From a virus (Duplodnaviria > Heunggongvirae > Uroviricota > Caudoviricetes): a stretch of DNA of 64,000 nt. Made by a program: the position numbers and the translations under genes. Location: the IMG/VR virus record IMGVR_UViG_3300022173_000112, positions 2,916 through 66,915 of that record. One strand, given 5' to 3'. This document shows, piece by piece, positions 26,790 through 35,736 of this stretch (positions are counted from its first letter, which is position 1; each line of letters begins with the position of its first letter). The notes beneath the pieces were generated by a model. That model saw only the letters and a program-made list of their open reading frames with translations. It was not told the DNA's origin and did not search any database.

Positions 26790-27176
26790 TTAGGTCTTAA
26801 TCTCTGCGAGAGCTTCTGACACCGGCGTGTAACTACGCCAGCGGGGAATCTTGACGCCCATCTTGAATACGGTCTTGACATTGAAGAACCCTATTGCCAA
26901 GTCGAACATCTTGATTAGTTGTTCGTGCGTGCCGTTGTCGTTCAAGTCAGTGATACTGCGGAAGCCCATTTGCTTCGCGGCAAGTGCGAGTTCTTTCCGA
27001 CAGAAATCGCGGTCTCGAACGAACAAGTTACAGGCGGAAAGGGCACACCATCGAACAGCAGTCGGGTCAGAAGCTAGAACTTCTTTGCCGTCCTTATCGA
27101 CTGAGTAGTGGCCCTTGTTCCAATTCTGGGGGTCTCGCAGGAGTTTTCGGGTACGGATGTAATCATTCTTCCGCAT
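26790..27176 (-). CDS. Hypothetical protein (128 aa)
   Basis: ORF track. Confidence 0.45.
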   Translation of the reverse strand: MRKNDYIRTRKLLRDPQNWNKGHYSVDKDGKEVLASDPTAVRWCALSACNLFVRDRDFCRKELALAAKQMGFRSITDLNDNGTHEQLIKMFDLAIGFFNVKTVFKMGVKIPRWRSYTPVSEALAEIKT

Positions 27177-27600
27177 CGATCAAGCTCCACGTCTCGGTGT
27201 TGACTTGACCATTGCCGGGATTACTGACCCATGACGCCTGACCCTTGCCGTCTTTGAACCGGATGGTCGAGACGCCAGTCTGTGCGTCTTGAGTCCAGCC
27301 GATTACGAAGCGGTCCTGGTCCATGTAGCCGATGCCCTTGAGGGTAGTCGGACCAGTGTACTGGTAGACGACAAACACTTTGGAGTTCGGCGGCTGGACA
27401 ATCAGTGCCGTACTTTTGTAGCCTGCGGCCACAACAAGATACCGGCCGGGAATCGCCTGAGTATTGACCTTGAGCAATGGCGGCTCCGGTCCCTCAGGAA
27501 GACGCTGTGGGATTCTTACATCGGCCATAGCGATTGTGCCGATCGTGAAGAACACCATCGAAAATAGGATGCGATCAAAGAGTGTCATTTGCATTTGCAT
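27163..27600 (-). CDS. Secreted protein (signal peptide)
   Basis: N-terminal hydrophobic signal segment. Contains 12-mer copy (ASWVSN). Confidence 0.45.
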   Translation of the reverse strand: MQMQMTLFDRILFSMVFFTIGTIAMADVRIPQRLPEGPEPPLLKVNTQAIPGRYLVVAAGYKSTALIVQPPNSKVFVVYQYTGPTTLKGIGYMDQDRFVIGWTQDAQTGVSTIRFKDGKGQASWVSNPGNGQVNTETWSLIDAEE

Positions 27601-27691
27601 GGGTTACACATGCACTCCGGTTTGAAGCGATTCCATGCTAGGCAGGCAGCACAAACCGCACCTATGAACAGCACAGCAATGAGCAGGTCTT

Positions 27692-27892
27692 TCATGTAAC
27701 TCTGAACTCCTTGTTGCCCCAAGCGGTTTTGATTATGACGATGTTTTCTTCCGTCTTACCAACCGTCAGGAAGTTGTAAACCGCAAGAGCCTTGGTGATC
27801 AGATGCAAGTCTCCGCGACTCTTGCTTCTGCGAACAAGATCATCGAATCGTTTCTCAGCTTCGTCGTCCAACTCAATGGTGATTGTTCGCAA
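27692..27892 (-). CDS. Ribbon-helix-helix-like small protein
   Basis: MRTITIELDDEAEKRFDDLVRR has the RHH beta-strand plus helix pattern. Confidence 0.4.
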   Translation of the reverse strand: MRTITIELDDEAEKRFDDLVRRSKSRGDLHLITKALAVYNFLTVGKTEENIVIIKTAWGNKEFRVT

Positions 27893-28415
27893 AATAATAC
27901 TCCAGTTGTTCTTTCACATGGGGTAAGGTTGGCAACTTGTGCCAACGATTCGAGAGTAATGGCACCTGAACCGCGACACCGCCGGCTTTGACCCATTTGT
28001 CCACGTTGTCGTCATGGTCATCAACGAGCAACTTTCCAGGACCAGCAATCGGTTCTTTCCGCATACCGATTAAGTAATTGAACCCTGGCATATCTTTCTT
28101 GATCCAGAGTTCTTTCCCTTCGGTGCAATGCGGAAAGCCGGTGGGCTTTGAAAGTATTGTTACCTGTTCAGGCTTGACATACTTCAAAATCTCGGCAAGG
28201 ATTGCACGACCATCTGGCATCCACTCAAGATCGAGCCAGAAGTCCTGGTCCAACACGCCCCAGAACTCTTGCGGTGACATGCCGACAAGGTGTCGCACAT
28301 CGTACCGCCCATGATTCTCTGGGTTGTCGTAGGGATTCTTGATCTTGTGGTAGCGAAGAAGGCCACCAAGAAGATCAACTAAAACCCCGTCAAGATCAAG
28401 GAACACTTGAATCAT
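27873..28415 (-). CDS. HAD-superfamily 5'(3')-deoxyribonucleotidase-like phosphatase
   Basis: N-terminal DLDGVL nucleophile motif and a C-terminal DD motif. Confidence 0.6.
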   Translation of the reverse strand: MIQVFLDLDGVLVDLLGGLLRYHKIKNPYDNPENHGRYDVRHLVGMSPQEFWGVLDQDFWLDLEWMPDGRAILAEILKYVKPEQVTILSKPTGFPHCTEGKELWIKKDMPGFNYLIGMRKEPIAGPGKLLVDDHDDNVDKWVKAGGVAVQVPLLSNRWHKLPTLPHVKEQLEYYFANNHH

Positions 28416-28668
28416 GCTTCACCTTGTCGATGTACTGGACGATGTCCTGCACAGTGAATGCGTCGAATGCCGCCGCACCCCTGGGGAACATTTCGTCGGT
28501 TGTGATCTTGATGTTGAACTCCCGTTCAAGACGGAAGACCATGTCAAGAACGTCGATCGATTCCGCACCAAGGTCGTCCTTGAGTGTGCTGCTCGGGCGA
28601 ATTTCACCCGGCTCGACATTCAGGGCTTCGGTCAGAATCGTTACGACTTTTGGGTAGATGTCCTTCAT
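28396..28668 (-). CDS. Acyl carrier protein
   Basis: LKDDLGAESIDVLDMVFRLEREFNIKI aligns with E. coli ACP [26 protein letters not shown], including the phosphopantetheine-attachment Ser. Confidence 0.7.
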   Translation of the reverse strand: MKDIYPKVVTILTEALNVEPGEIRPSSTLKDDLGAESIDVLDMVFRLEREFNIKITTDEMFPRGAAAFDAFTVQDIVQYIDKVKHDSSVP

Positions 28669-28831
28669 CGATCAAATCCTCAAAGTAGTGATCCCAATTC
28701 CATTTCTTTTGTCCCCAGTATTCACGCCTGAGGACAAGAGCTACACATTCCGTAATCAGTTGCCGGTGTTGCTCACCGTGCTTCGCGACGTACTTTTCAA
28801 CGATTTCCTGGGACATCGACTTTGTCTCCAA
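28604..28831 (-). CDS. Hypothetical protein (75 aa), overlaps the ACP start
   Basis: ORF track. Confidence 0.3.
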   Translation of the reverse strand: METKSMSQEIVEKYVAKHGEQHRQLITECVALVLRREYWGQKKWNWDHYFEDLIDEGHLPKSRNDSDRSPECRAG

Positions 28832-29017
28832 TCTGAACCTTGACTCCGCAACCGCTGAAACCGCAGCTTACGCAGCCACCCATCGCGAGCAGGAGTACAA
28901 GCAAAAGGATACAGCCGAAGTCACTATCGCCTCTTCGCTTCATGGATTTTCTCCTTCAAGAAGGCCAATTTCAATTTGAGGTTGCGAAGCTCCGCTTCCT
29001 TCAAAGCGATTTCGCGT

Positions 29018-29350
29018 TCAGTCCGGATAATCATCGATTGTACCTCGGACATAGTATGGCTCCGTAAAACTTGTCAAGTTAAACGGCGAGTCAACTTCAC
29101 GGAAGCCCAGACGACACCACCCCTTCCAGGGCAGCTTGATCTCGCCACAAGGATTCAATGGCCCGGTTTGTTTCGGGATAACCTTGTAGGATGCGTAGTT
29201 CCGAATCTCGAAAGGACTCCTGACCCATGACCCTGGGAACATATGATAGAAGATGTTATGACACTCTTCGATCGTCGGCATGGTCCATGTACCAGGAATC
29301 GTGACTTCCGATTTACCCAAGCTTGCAGCAAGTTTGCCAATGTCTTTCAT
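29018..29350 (-). CDS. Hypothetical protein (110 aa)
   Basis: ORF track. Contains 12-mer copy (GSWVRS). Confidence 0.4.
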   Translation of the reverse strand: MKDIGKLAASLGKSEVTIPGTWTMPTIEECHNIFYHMFPGSWVRSPFEIRNYASYKVIPKQTGPLNPCGEIKLPWKGWCRLGFREVDSPFNLTSFTEPYYVRGTIDDYPD

Positions 29351-29519
29351 TCGACTTTCTCGATTCTGACACCGACCATTTCCAGACCAAGTGTCAATTC
29401 AGTCTTCTCCGCAAGTTGCCTGAGAACATCAGGTAAGTTCGCGGCTTCGATTGGGTTGGGTTTGTTTGGAACCTCAACGATTCCGCCCGGTCCTTTGATT
29501 GTGAGAAAGAGTTTGAACT

Positions 29520-29780
29520 TCATGCTGAAAGACTTTCTTGAGGTTCGTTCTTGAGCTTGAGCAACTGAGCTTCAAACTCATTGATGTAAGGATTCATGGA
29601 CTTCCAGATTTTGTCCATGAACTCTTGGGCGTGAGACATATGCTCGAAGTCAGCAAGCACCACGCTAAAGTCAGACAACTTGGCCTGAATTTCAAGCTTG
29701 CCGTTAACATCGACAACGTCGATGATTTCGACATGTTCCAAGTTGATGATCTCGCCAGCTTTGCCTCGAATGAATTTCAT
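29520..29780 (-). CDS. Hypothetical protein (86 aa)
   Basis: ORF track. Confidence 0.4.
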   Translation of the reverse strand: MKFIRGKAGEIINLEHVEIIDVVDVNGKLEIQAKLSDFSVVLADFEHMSHAQEFMDKIWKSMNPYINEFEAQLLKLKNEPQESLSA

Positions 29781-30262
29781 GGTTCAAGCTCCACATACTT
29801 GACCCCTGCCTCAAGAAGAATGCCTCTTGAGTAGTTGAGGTCAGCAAGCCAACGCTCGGGGATTCCCTTCGGCACTGGCACGCGAACTTCCGCGATGCCA
29901 GCTTGAATCATTTCGACAGCACAACGTGTGCAGGGTGGTCCGCCCCATGTTTGCTTGGTCTTGGCGTCAATCGCCCAGATATACATGGTGCAACCTTTAA
30001 CCGGAATCCCGACACGGGCCGCAGCAAGCACGGCGTTCATCTCAGCGTGAACGACCAATTTGATTTTGGTGTCACGATCGTTCAAACGCTCCGGTGTATC
30101 TTCGACACCGCGAGGAAAGCCGTTGTAGCCTGTACCACGAACCTCGTTATCCGGGCCAACGATTACCGCACCAACTTTTGTCGATGGGTCTTTACTCTTC
30201 GCCGCGACGAAGAGACACATGCAAACGAAATGCGAGTCCCAACTATTCATTGCTTGACCCAT
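29777..30262 (-). CDS. dCMP/cytidine deaminase-family zinc enzyme (probable dCMP deaminase)
   Basis: VHAEMNAV and PPCTRC zinc-ligand motifs. Confidence 0.7.
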   Translation of the reverse strand: MGQAMNSWDSHFVCMCLFVAAKSKDPSTKVGAVIVGPDNEVRGTGYNGFPRGVEDTPERLNDRDTKIKLVVHAEMNAVLAAARVGIPVKGCTMYIWAIDAKTKQTWGGPPCTRCAVEMIQAGIAEVRVPVPKGIPERWLADLNYSRGILLEAGVKYVELEP

Positions 30263-30612
30263 GACTCACCAACCTTGTTGTACGTGTAGATGTCCCCGTT
30301 GTAAAACCCGATGACGATTTTCTGGTCGGTTGCGTTAATAACGAAGACATAATCACGCATCGTGACAAGCTCGATACCTTTCGGTAAGGTCTTGTACAAT
30401 TCCTTTGCCGCCTTCTTCATGTCGGTGTCCCAATCTTTGGGCCACATTTCAGGTAAGGCAAAGTACCGCGAAATCAGATTCGGAAGGTGCGGATCAGTTT
30501 GAATCGGCTTGTTGTTTTTGATTTGGTCAGCGAACTGATCCAAAGCCGATTGATAAGCTCCGCCAAAAACGGAATCGTTGTCTTTCGCCATCAGTCGAAC
30601 TCCTTCCCACAT
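30247..30612 (-). CDS. Hypothetical protein (121 aa)
   Basis: ORF track. 12-mer copy at its 3' end (ESWVKQ). Confidence 0.4.
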   Translation of the reverse strand: MWEGVRLMAKDNDSVFGGAYQSALDQFADQIKNNKPIQTDPHLPNLISRYFALPEMWPKDWDTDMKKAAKELYKTLPKGIELVTMRDYVFVINATDQKIVIGFYNGDIYTYNKVGESWVKQ

Positions 30613-30785
30613 GCCGCACAGTATTGTCTGCGTTCTTCATCGCGTACAATATCATGTGGACAGTGGCGTTGCAGGTCACGCAGGGTTTTGTCAAGATGTC
30701 GTTGTTGATTCAGGTAATTCCGTTTGATCTTCCGCTGTTGAAGCAAGAGTTTCCTGCCCTTGACCCGTGCCTCATAGATCGTCAT
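30591..30785 (-). CDS. Small zinc-ribbon protein
   Basis: CPHD...CAACGKEFD. Confidence 0.35.
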   Translation of the reverse strand: MTIYEARVKGRKLLLQQRKIKRNYLNQQRHLDKTLRDLQRHCPHDIVRDEERRQYCAACGKEFD

Positions 30786-31034
30786 TTAATTACCCCACAT
30801 TCGAATACGAATCCGTTGTAGTGGCGTACTGTTGGTGACTCGAAGATTCTGCTTCCGGTCCCGGAACGCTCTGATCTTAGGTATGAAGCGTGTCCAGTCA
30901 CAAGCAAAGATCGTCCCTGGAATCTTCATGTCATTCTCCTTTTGTAGCGGCTGAGTTCCAGGGTGTCACGGCAGACCCTATCACTCATTTAAGGCAACTC
31001 CGATCCGTGTTCACAGAGAAGACACACCGCATAG

Positions 31035-31108
31035 TGGGGCCGGGTGGATTTGAACCACCGACCAAGGAATTATGAGTTCCCTGCTCTACCAGCCTGAGCT
31101 ACGTCCCC
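31035..31108 (-). tRNA. tRNA-Met (anticodon CAU; could be the lysidine-modified Ile2 type)
   Basis: GGGGACG/CGGCCCC acceptor with 1 mismatch, GCTC-AGGCTGGTA-GAGC, GGGAA-CTCATAA-TTCCT, GGTGG-TTCAAAT-CCACC. Confidence 0.7.
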
Positions 31109-31391
31109 AGAGTTGAGTGGGCTTGGCAGACCCACTCATTAAGATTCATGCCACCACTTGAATAGCCGGGTGTAGAATCAACCTTGACCTGTTGAGGTCG
31201 GCGCCGAAGAGAAAGATTTAGAGACAACGGTTGATGAGGCGTTTCATGGGACACCATCCTTTCTTTAATAAGGGTGAATGGAAACTTGTTGTAGAACGAG
31301 CCACTCAAACATCGTGCAATCAAGCACTTCCATTGCCTTAAGCCCACTAGCCCAATTAAGGACTAGCGGGCTAAGGCAAGCAACGCCGGGA

Positions 31392-32531
31392 CTACTTCTT
31401 TTCCGGGAACGGGAAGATCGGAATGCCCGGAATGATGGTACTCGGAACACCACCAGTCCAGCGGGATCGCCATTGCGATTCCATTTCCAGCGTCTTCAAG
31501 CCGATGATGAAGTCCTTCGATTTCTCAAGGACTTGGTACTTGTAGGCTTCGGCATCAGCCTCGGTCTTAATCGCCAGAGCTTTGGCTTTGGCGACTTCGA
31601 TCTCGACGTTGACCGCTGCCAACCGAGCCTTGGCTTCACCTTCGGCTTCGGCGATTGCAGCAGCGGCTTTACCGTCAGCCTTGAGCAAGAGAGTCTTGTT
31701 GTCGATCTCTTGGTTCAACAGCTTCGTTTGCTGCTGAACCTTTTCTTGCTCTTGCTTGGCCTGAGCGGTAATCTTCAACTGCTGAGCGGTGATGGCCGAG
31801 TTGATCGACTTCTGAATCTCATCATCCTCGGGATGGAAGCCACCCACCATACCGAGTTTCGTGATGATGATACCGCGGTTCTTGAAGAACGGAATCACGT
31901 CTTCACGAACCGCTTCGACCAAGTCATGTTGAGTACCGCGAAGGTCTTCGAACTTGAACTTGGACGCGAAGTCCGTCGTAATCGCCTGAACACGTGCCCG
32001 CACTTCGTTGTCCATCACATGGGTGAGAGCATCACCCCGGTAATAGTACAGGAAGTGTTCGGTGCCATCCTCTTCTTCGGGGATGTACGCGGTGCAGACG
32101 TAGTTGCAGCTAAAGGCCATGCCGTCTTTGCTCTGGGCCTTGATCTGGTCACGTTCCTTGTCTTCGCTGCTCCAATCGGTCTTGACCGTGGCACGAACGA
32201 CCTTGACCAGACGCTTCTCTTCCTGGAAATAGCCGGTGGTGTAGAGCCACCCCGACCGAATCCATCGCTTCGGAATCTGGATACGTTGAACGCTGACCTT
32301 GCCAGCCTTCAAAATATCCAGAGAGTCCTTGATCTTCTTGCGGCCGTCTTCCGCGCCGGTGTCGTCGTTCAGCGGCAGAAGGAATCCGGTTTCATTGTTC
32401 TCCAGGTCAACGAACTTCGGTACGTTGTACGGAGGAATGAAACAGAACCAGATGATCAGAAGCAGGACCAGAAGTCCCACAGCGGTGGCACCGAGACGAA
32501 TCAGCTTGTCCATTTGAGGCTTTCCTTTCAT
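31392..32531 (-). CDS. SPFH/band-7 (stomatin/prohibitin/flotillin-like) membrane protein
   Basis: N-terminal TM helix, SPFH-like core, and a long Ala/Glu/Lys coiled-coil tail. Confidence 0.65.
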   Translation of the reverse strand: MKGKPQMDKLIRLGATAVGLLVLLLIIWFCFIPPYNVPKFVDLENNETGFLLPLNDDTGAEDGRKKIKDSLDILKAGKVSVQRIQIPKRWIRSGWLYTTGYFQEEKRLVKVVRATVKTDWSSEDKERDQIKAQSKDGMAFSCNYVCTAYIPEEEDGTEHFLYYYRGDALTHVMDNEVRARVQAITTDFASKFKFEDLRGTQHDLVEAVREDVIPFFKNRGIIITKLGMVGGFHPEDDEIQKSINSAITAQQLKITAQAKQEQEKVQQQTKLLNQEIDNKTLLLKADGKAAAAIAEAEGEAKARLAAVNVEIEVAKAKALAIKTEADAEAYKYQVLEKSKDFIIGLKTLEMESQWRSRWTGGVPSTIIPGIPIFPFPEKK

Positions 32532-32881
32532 AGTGGAGAAATCTCCTTCGATTCTACAAGACCAGCAAGAAAAGAAACAAGGTACGTTATCATGTCCTGT
32601 TCTTGCTCAGGACCGAAAACGTATCGACCGCCTTCAACTCGTATCTCGATCGAGGTTTTATCCTTGATGTTGACACGAATTAAATACCAGTCCCAATCTT
32701 TGTAGCCACGAATGTGGCCGACCTTCAAGACCCCATCTTCGGAGTCCGTCGAGATGATTCGTTTGTTACTCCGAATCTTCGTCAGAAGCTTATACAGTTC
32801 CCGGAAGGCATTTTCCGCCCATCGAGCACTGTCCGCTTTCAGGACTTTCGCTCGAATCGCTTTCAGAATCGTCTTTTCCAT
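32528..32881 (-). CDS. Hypothetical protein (117 aa)
   Basis: ORF track. Confidence 0.4.
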   Translation of the reverse strand: MEKTILKAIRAKVLKADSARWAENAFRELYKLLTKIRSNKRIISTDSEDGVLKVGHIRGYKDWDWYLIRVNIKDKTSIEIRVEGGRYVFGPEQEQDMITYLVSFLAGLVESKEISPL

Positions 32882-33212
32882 TTTCGCTCCTACACGCGAT
32901 GCTCACGACACTTTCAATTGTGATGCAGACCGCCACAACACAAATGACGGTTGCAACACAGACCCAGAAGATTGCGAAGTCGGTCATGCTCTTCCTTTCA
33001 AAGGATGTTGATTTGACCAGTACACTCAAACGCGGTTATAAGAACCTTAACGTCTAGCTCACTTGCTTTCTTACCAGCAAGGGCCAAATCTCTTCTCGCA
33101 CCCGCACACTCCTGTGAAGGCTGCATGTGGCAAAGATGTGCATGTTTCGCAATCGATGCACCCAACGCAACACCGCCTTCACTTGCACGACGATGTGGGC
33201 ATTCAATGCACA

Positions 33213-34289
33213 TTATGCCTTCCTCCAGTACCGCGCTTCCTTGGGGATTCCGTCATCCGTGAGTTCACGGTAACGGAACGTGACCTGGCTCCCACGAGGG
33301 AACAACGGGTTGAAAATCCAATGAGGGACTTCCTTTTCAGGGTTCGCTCTTGCCCATTCTTGGGCATTCAGTTGTGTATCGACCGAAGCGAGGGTACGCT
33401 CCGATTCTTTGAACCCTGACAACTCCAACCTTTTCCCGTTGTAGTTGGTAATCAGGGCACCCATCATGCCGAGCAATTTGCTGCCCTTGTCGGTCTCTCG
33501 GCCAGTCGTATAACCCGTGACGATTGCTTCCGCATCATTGAAGTCTTTGACTTTCAAGATGTTGTAGCTTCGTCTTGGTTCCCAACTTGCCGAAGGCTTG
33601 CGAAGCATGATTCCTTCGCCGCCCTTATCAAGAACCTCATTGAGCATACGCTCCAACTCGGCGACTGCACCCGGCGTACTGAATGGCATACGCCACTGAG
33701 TATGCACTTGAAGATTCTCGGTGATCTTCAAATTGCTGCACAGGTAGTTGTGAATCGCCTCGTAAGAGGACAACGGTGGCATGATGCCCTTGAAGTTCTC
33801 TTTCCACCAAGGGAAGCAACCTCGGAGAAAGACCTTGTAGGCTTGGACAGAGACATCACCATCCTGAAACAAGCTGGCAGGCCAAGGCATGTCGAAGACC
33901 ATGTACTTGACATTCCGCCAACCCGGACCAGGGTTGTGATCCTTGACCGTGGCCTGATTCGTCTGGAAGTTTCCACGACCAGACCACAGTTCACCGTCCA
34001 AACAGTAGTTCGGAAGTTGGTCAAGGAACCAATCCGGAGCGTAGATCACGTTGCCATAACGTGACCACAGACCCGTGGCAATCACTTCGTTGACACGAAT
34101 GTGATCCTTTTCGGTATTGGCATAAGGCACCTGAGATGCAGATTTGCCACGGCTTGCTCCGCCGTCCCACCACGCTCGTTGGCCGTCAAGTTTTTCACTT
34201 GCGTACCAACCAGCGGGTGAGTGCTTCTTGGCGTCATAAACGTGAGCAAGTTGCACATACTCACGTTTCAAAAGATTGCGACTTGCCAT
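33213..34289 (-). CDS. ATP-dependent DNA ligase
   Basis: Motif I EKLDGQR (KxDG) and EGIMLRK (motif IV/V). 358 aa. Confidence 0.75.
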   Translation of the reverse strand: MASRNLLKREYVQLAHVYDAKKHSPAGWYASEKLDGQRAWWDGGASRGKSASQVPYANTEKDHIRVNEVIATGLWSRYGNVIYAPDWFLDQLPNYCLDGELWSGRGNFQTNQATVKDHNPGPGWRNVKYMVFDMPWPASLFQDGDVSVQAYKVFLRGCFPWWKENFKGIMPPLSSYEAIHNYLCSNLKITENLQVHTQWRMPFSTPGAVAELERMLNEVLDKGGEGIMLRKPSASWEPRRSYNILKVKDFNDAEAIVTGYTTGRETDKGSKLLGMMGALITNYNGKRLELSGFKESERTLASVDTQLNAQEWARANPEKEVPHWIFNPLFPRGSQVTFRYRELTDDGIPKEARYWRKA

Positions 34290-34495
34290 TAGTTTGGCCC
34301 TTGTTGTTTTTCAGGATGGTTATACGTGAAGCGTTCGCCGTCACCAATGACAAGGTCACGCTCCATGCGTTTACTCATCGTTTCGATTTTGACCCTTGAC
34401 TCTTTGACTGGCGGCTCAGTGCAGCCAGCAGCATGGGCCAGACGCATTTGACGAATCCGTTCGTACTTGGTCATTTGTCGCTCTCCATGTGCCAC
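34289..34495 (-). CDS. Hypothetical protein (68 aa)
   Basis: ORF track. Confidence 0.35.
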   Translation of the reverse strand: MAHGERQMTKYERIRQMRLAHAAGCTEPPVKESRVKIETMSKRMERDLVIGDGERFTYNHPEKQQGPN

Positions 34496-35316
34496 GGTGC
34501 AGAGAACGATCCGGCGTGTTTGTGGCCACCACCGCCGAATCGGGTACAGATTTCGCTAACGTCCATGCCGTTGGGGTCAGAACGTAACGAGTAGCAGAAA
34601 CGCTTCTCTTTGTCCTTGTTCCACCAGATGATCGCGAAAGGTTTGCCCTTCGCAAGTTCGCCGCCGATTTCCGATTGCAGAACGGTGGAGTTCACAATCG
34701 GAATACCATCGACATTGTCGAACTTAATCGTTGACGCCTGACTCACGGCTTTCTGAATCAGTTTCTCTTGGTACCGAAGAATCGGATTACCTTGAGCCAC
34801 GCACTCAGCATAGCCGAGCTTGGTCAGCATCTCGCAGTTCTCCATCGAGAATGCGAACGACTGGATGCAAGCGTCAACGGCCTTGGAACCGGGGAGTTCC
34901 CACTTCCAAAGATCGCGGTCTTGGATGTAGGGAAGAATCCACGGTCGGGCACACATGGGATTGTAGTACGACCATGTGATTGCCGCCCCGCACGCATTGA
35001 TGTCGTAGACATACTCGAATGGGTACGAAGGCTTGAAACCTTCCATTTTGATTTTGGAAGATTTGTGATGGTCGAGGATTTTGAGGGATTTGTATTTGGC
35101 AGATTCCAAGGTCTCGCGTTCAGGACAATAGTCCACGCAAATAACATCCCAACCATCGAGGTCAGGAATCTTGGTTTGGTAATAGACGGGAACCAACTCT
35201 GCCGACAGATTGTGGAGATGCGCGTAGTATGCCGCGAAGATTCCGTCGGCACAGTTAGCGTGGTAAAGAATGGCTTTCATTTCTTTGTCCTTAAGAAAGA
35301 GGCTTGCTGAGGTCAA
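34471..35316 (-). CDS. DHH/DHHA1 phosphoesterase (NrnA/RecJ-like)
   Basis: HANCADG (motif I), LDHH (DHH motif), and GGGHKHAGS (DHHA1 GGGH). Confidence 0.7.
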   Translation of the reverse strand: MTSASLFLKDKEMKAILYHANCADGIFAAYYAHLHNLSAELVPVYYQTKIPDLDGWDVICVDYCPERETLESAKYKSLKILDHHKSSKIKMEGFKPSYPFEYVYDINACGAAITWSYYNPMCARPWILPYIQDRDLWKWELPGSKAVDACIQSFAFSMENCEMLTKLGYAECVAQGNPILRYQEKLIQKAVSQASTIKFDNVDGIPIVNSTVLQSEIGGELAKGKPFAIIWWNKDKEKRFCYSLRSDPNGMDVSEICTRFGGGGHKHAGSFSAPWHMESDK

Positions 35317-35710
35317 CGGTCACGATTCCCGACACTTGTGACAACGTGGCACCGAAGAACTGTTCGAGTTGCTCAGGCAACAATTTCTTGGTGAACTTGC
35401 TACACGCTACAAAGAAGGTCTTCCCAAACTTGGAAACCTTGTAGGCGGCGTCTTGTTCGGTAGCATTCCGTGGAGTTCGAAATCCAACCAAGTTCGCTTT
35501 CTGGTCAAACAGGACCAAGAGAGCAGACTTATGTTTGAAATCGAACGTCTCGCCAAACTTGGCGTTAAAGAACATTCCAGTGTGTTCAAAAGTGACACAC
35601 GGCTCGTCTTGATAACTGCCAAATTTGGATTTGAAAATCCGTTTTGCTTCTATCTCAAAAGCCATAATGCGTTCCTTAAAAAGAAGGGCTGCTCTTATAC
35701 CGCCGGCCAA
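35291..35710 (-). CDS. Hypothetical protein (139 aa)
   Basis: ORF track. Confidence 0.45.
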   Translation of the reverse strand: MAGGIRAALLFKERIMAFEIEAKRIFKSKFGSYQDEPCVTFEHTGMFFNAKFGETFDFKHKSALLVLFDQKANLVGFRTPRNATEQDAAYKVSKFGKTFFVACSKFTKKLLPEQLEQFFGATLSQVSGIVTVDLSKPLS

Positions 35711-35736
35711 ACTGGACGGCGGTCAAAGGGAAGTCC

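Noticed and set aside
31099-31347. 82-aa minus-strand ORF just past tRNA-Met
   Set aside because: No RBS, junk-like sequence, and it overlaps the tRNA 5' end.
31278-32705. 475-aa plus-strand ORF
   Set aside because: Antisense to the SPFH gene. Low-complexity Leu/Arg/Gly-rich translation.
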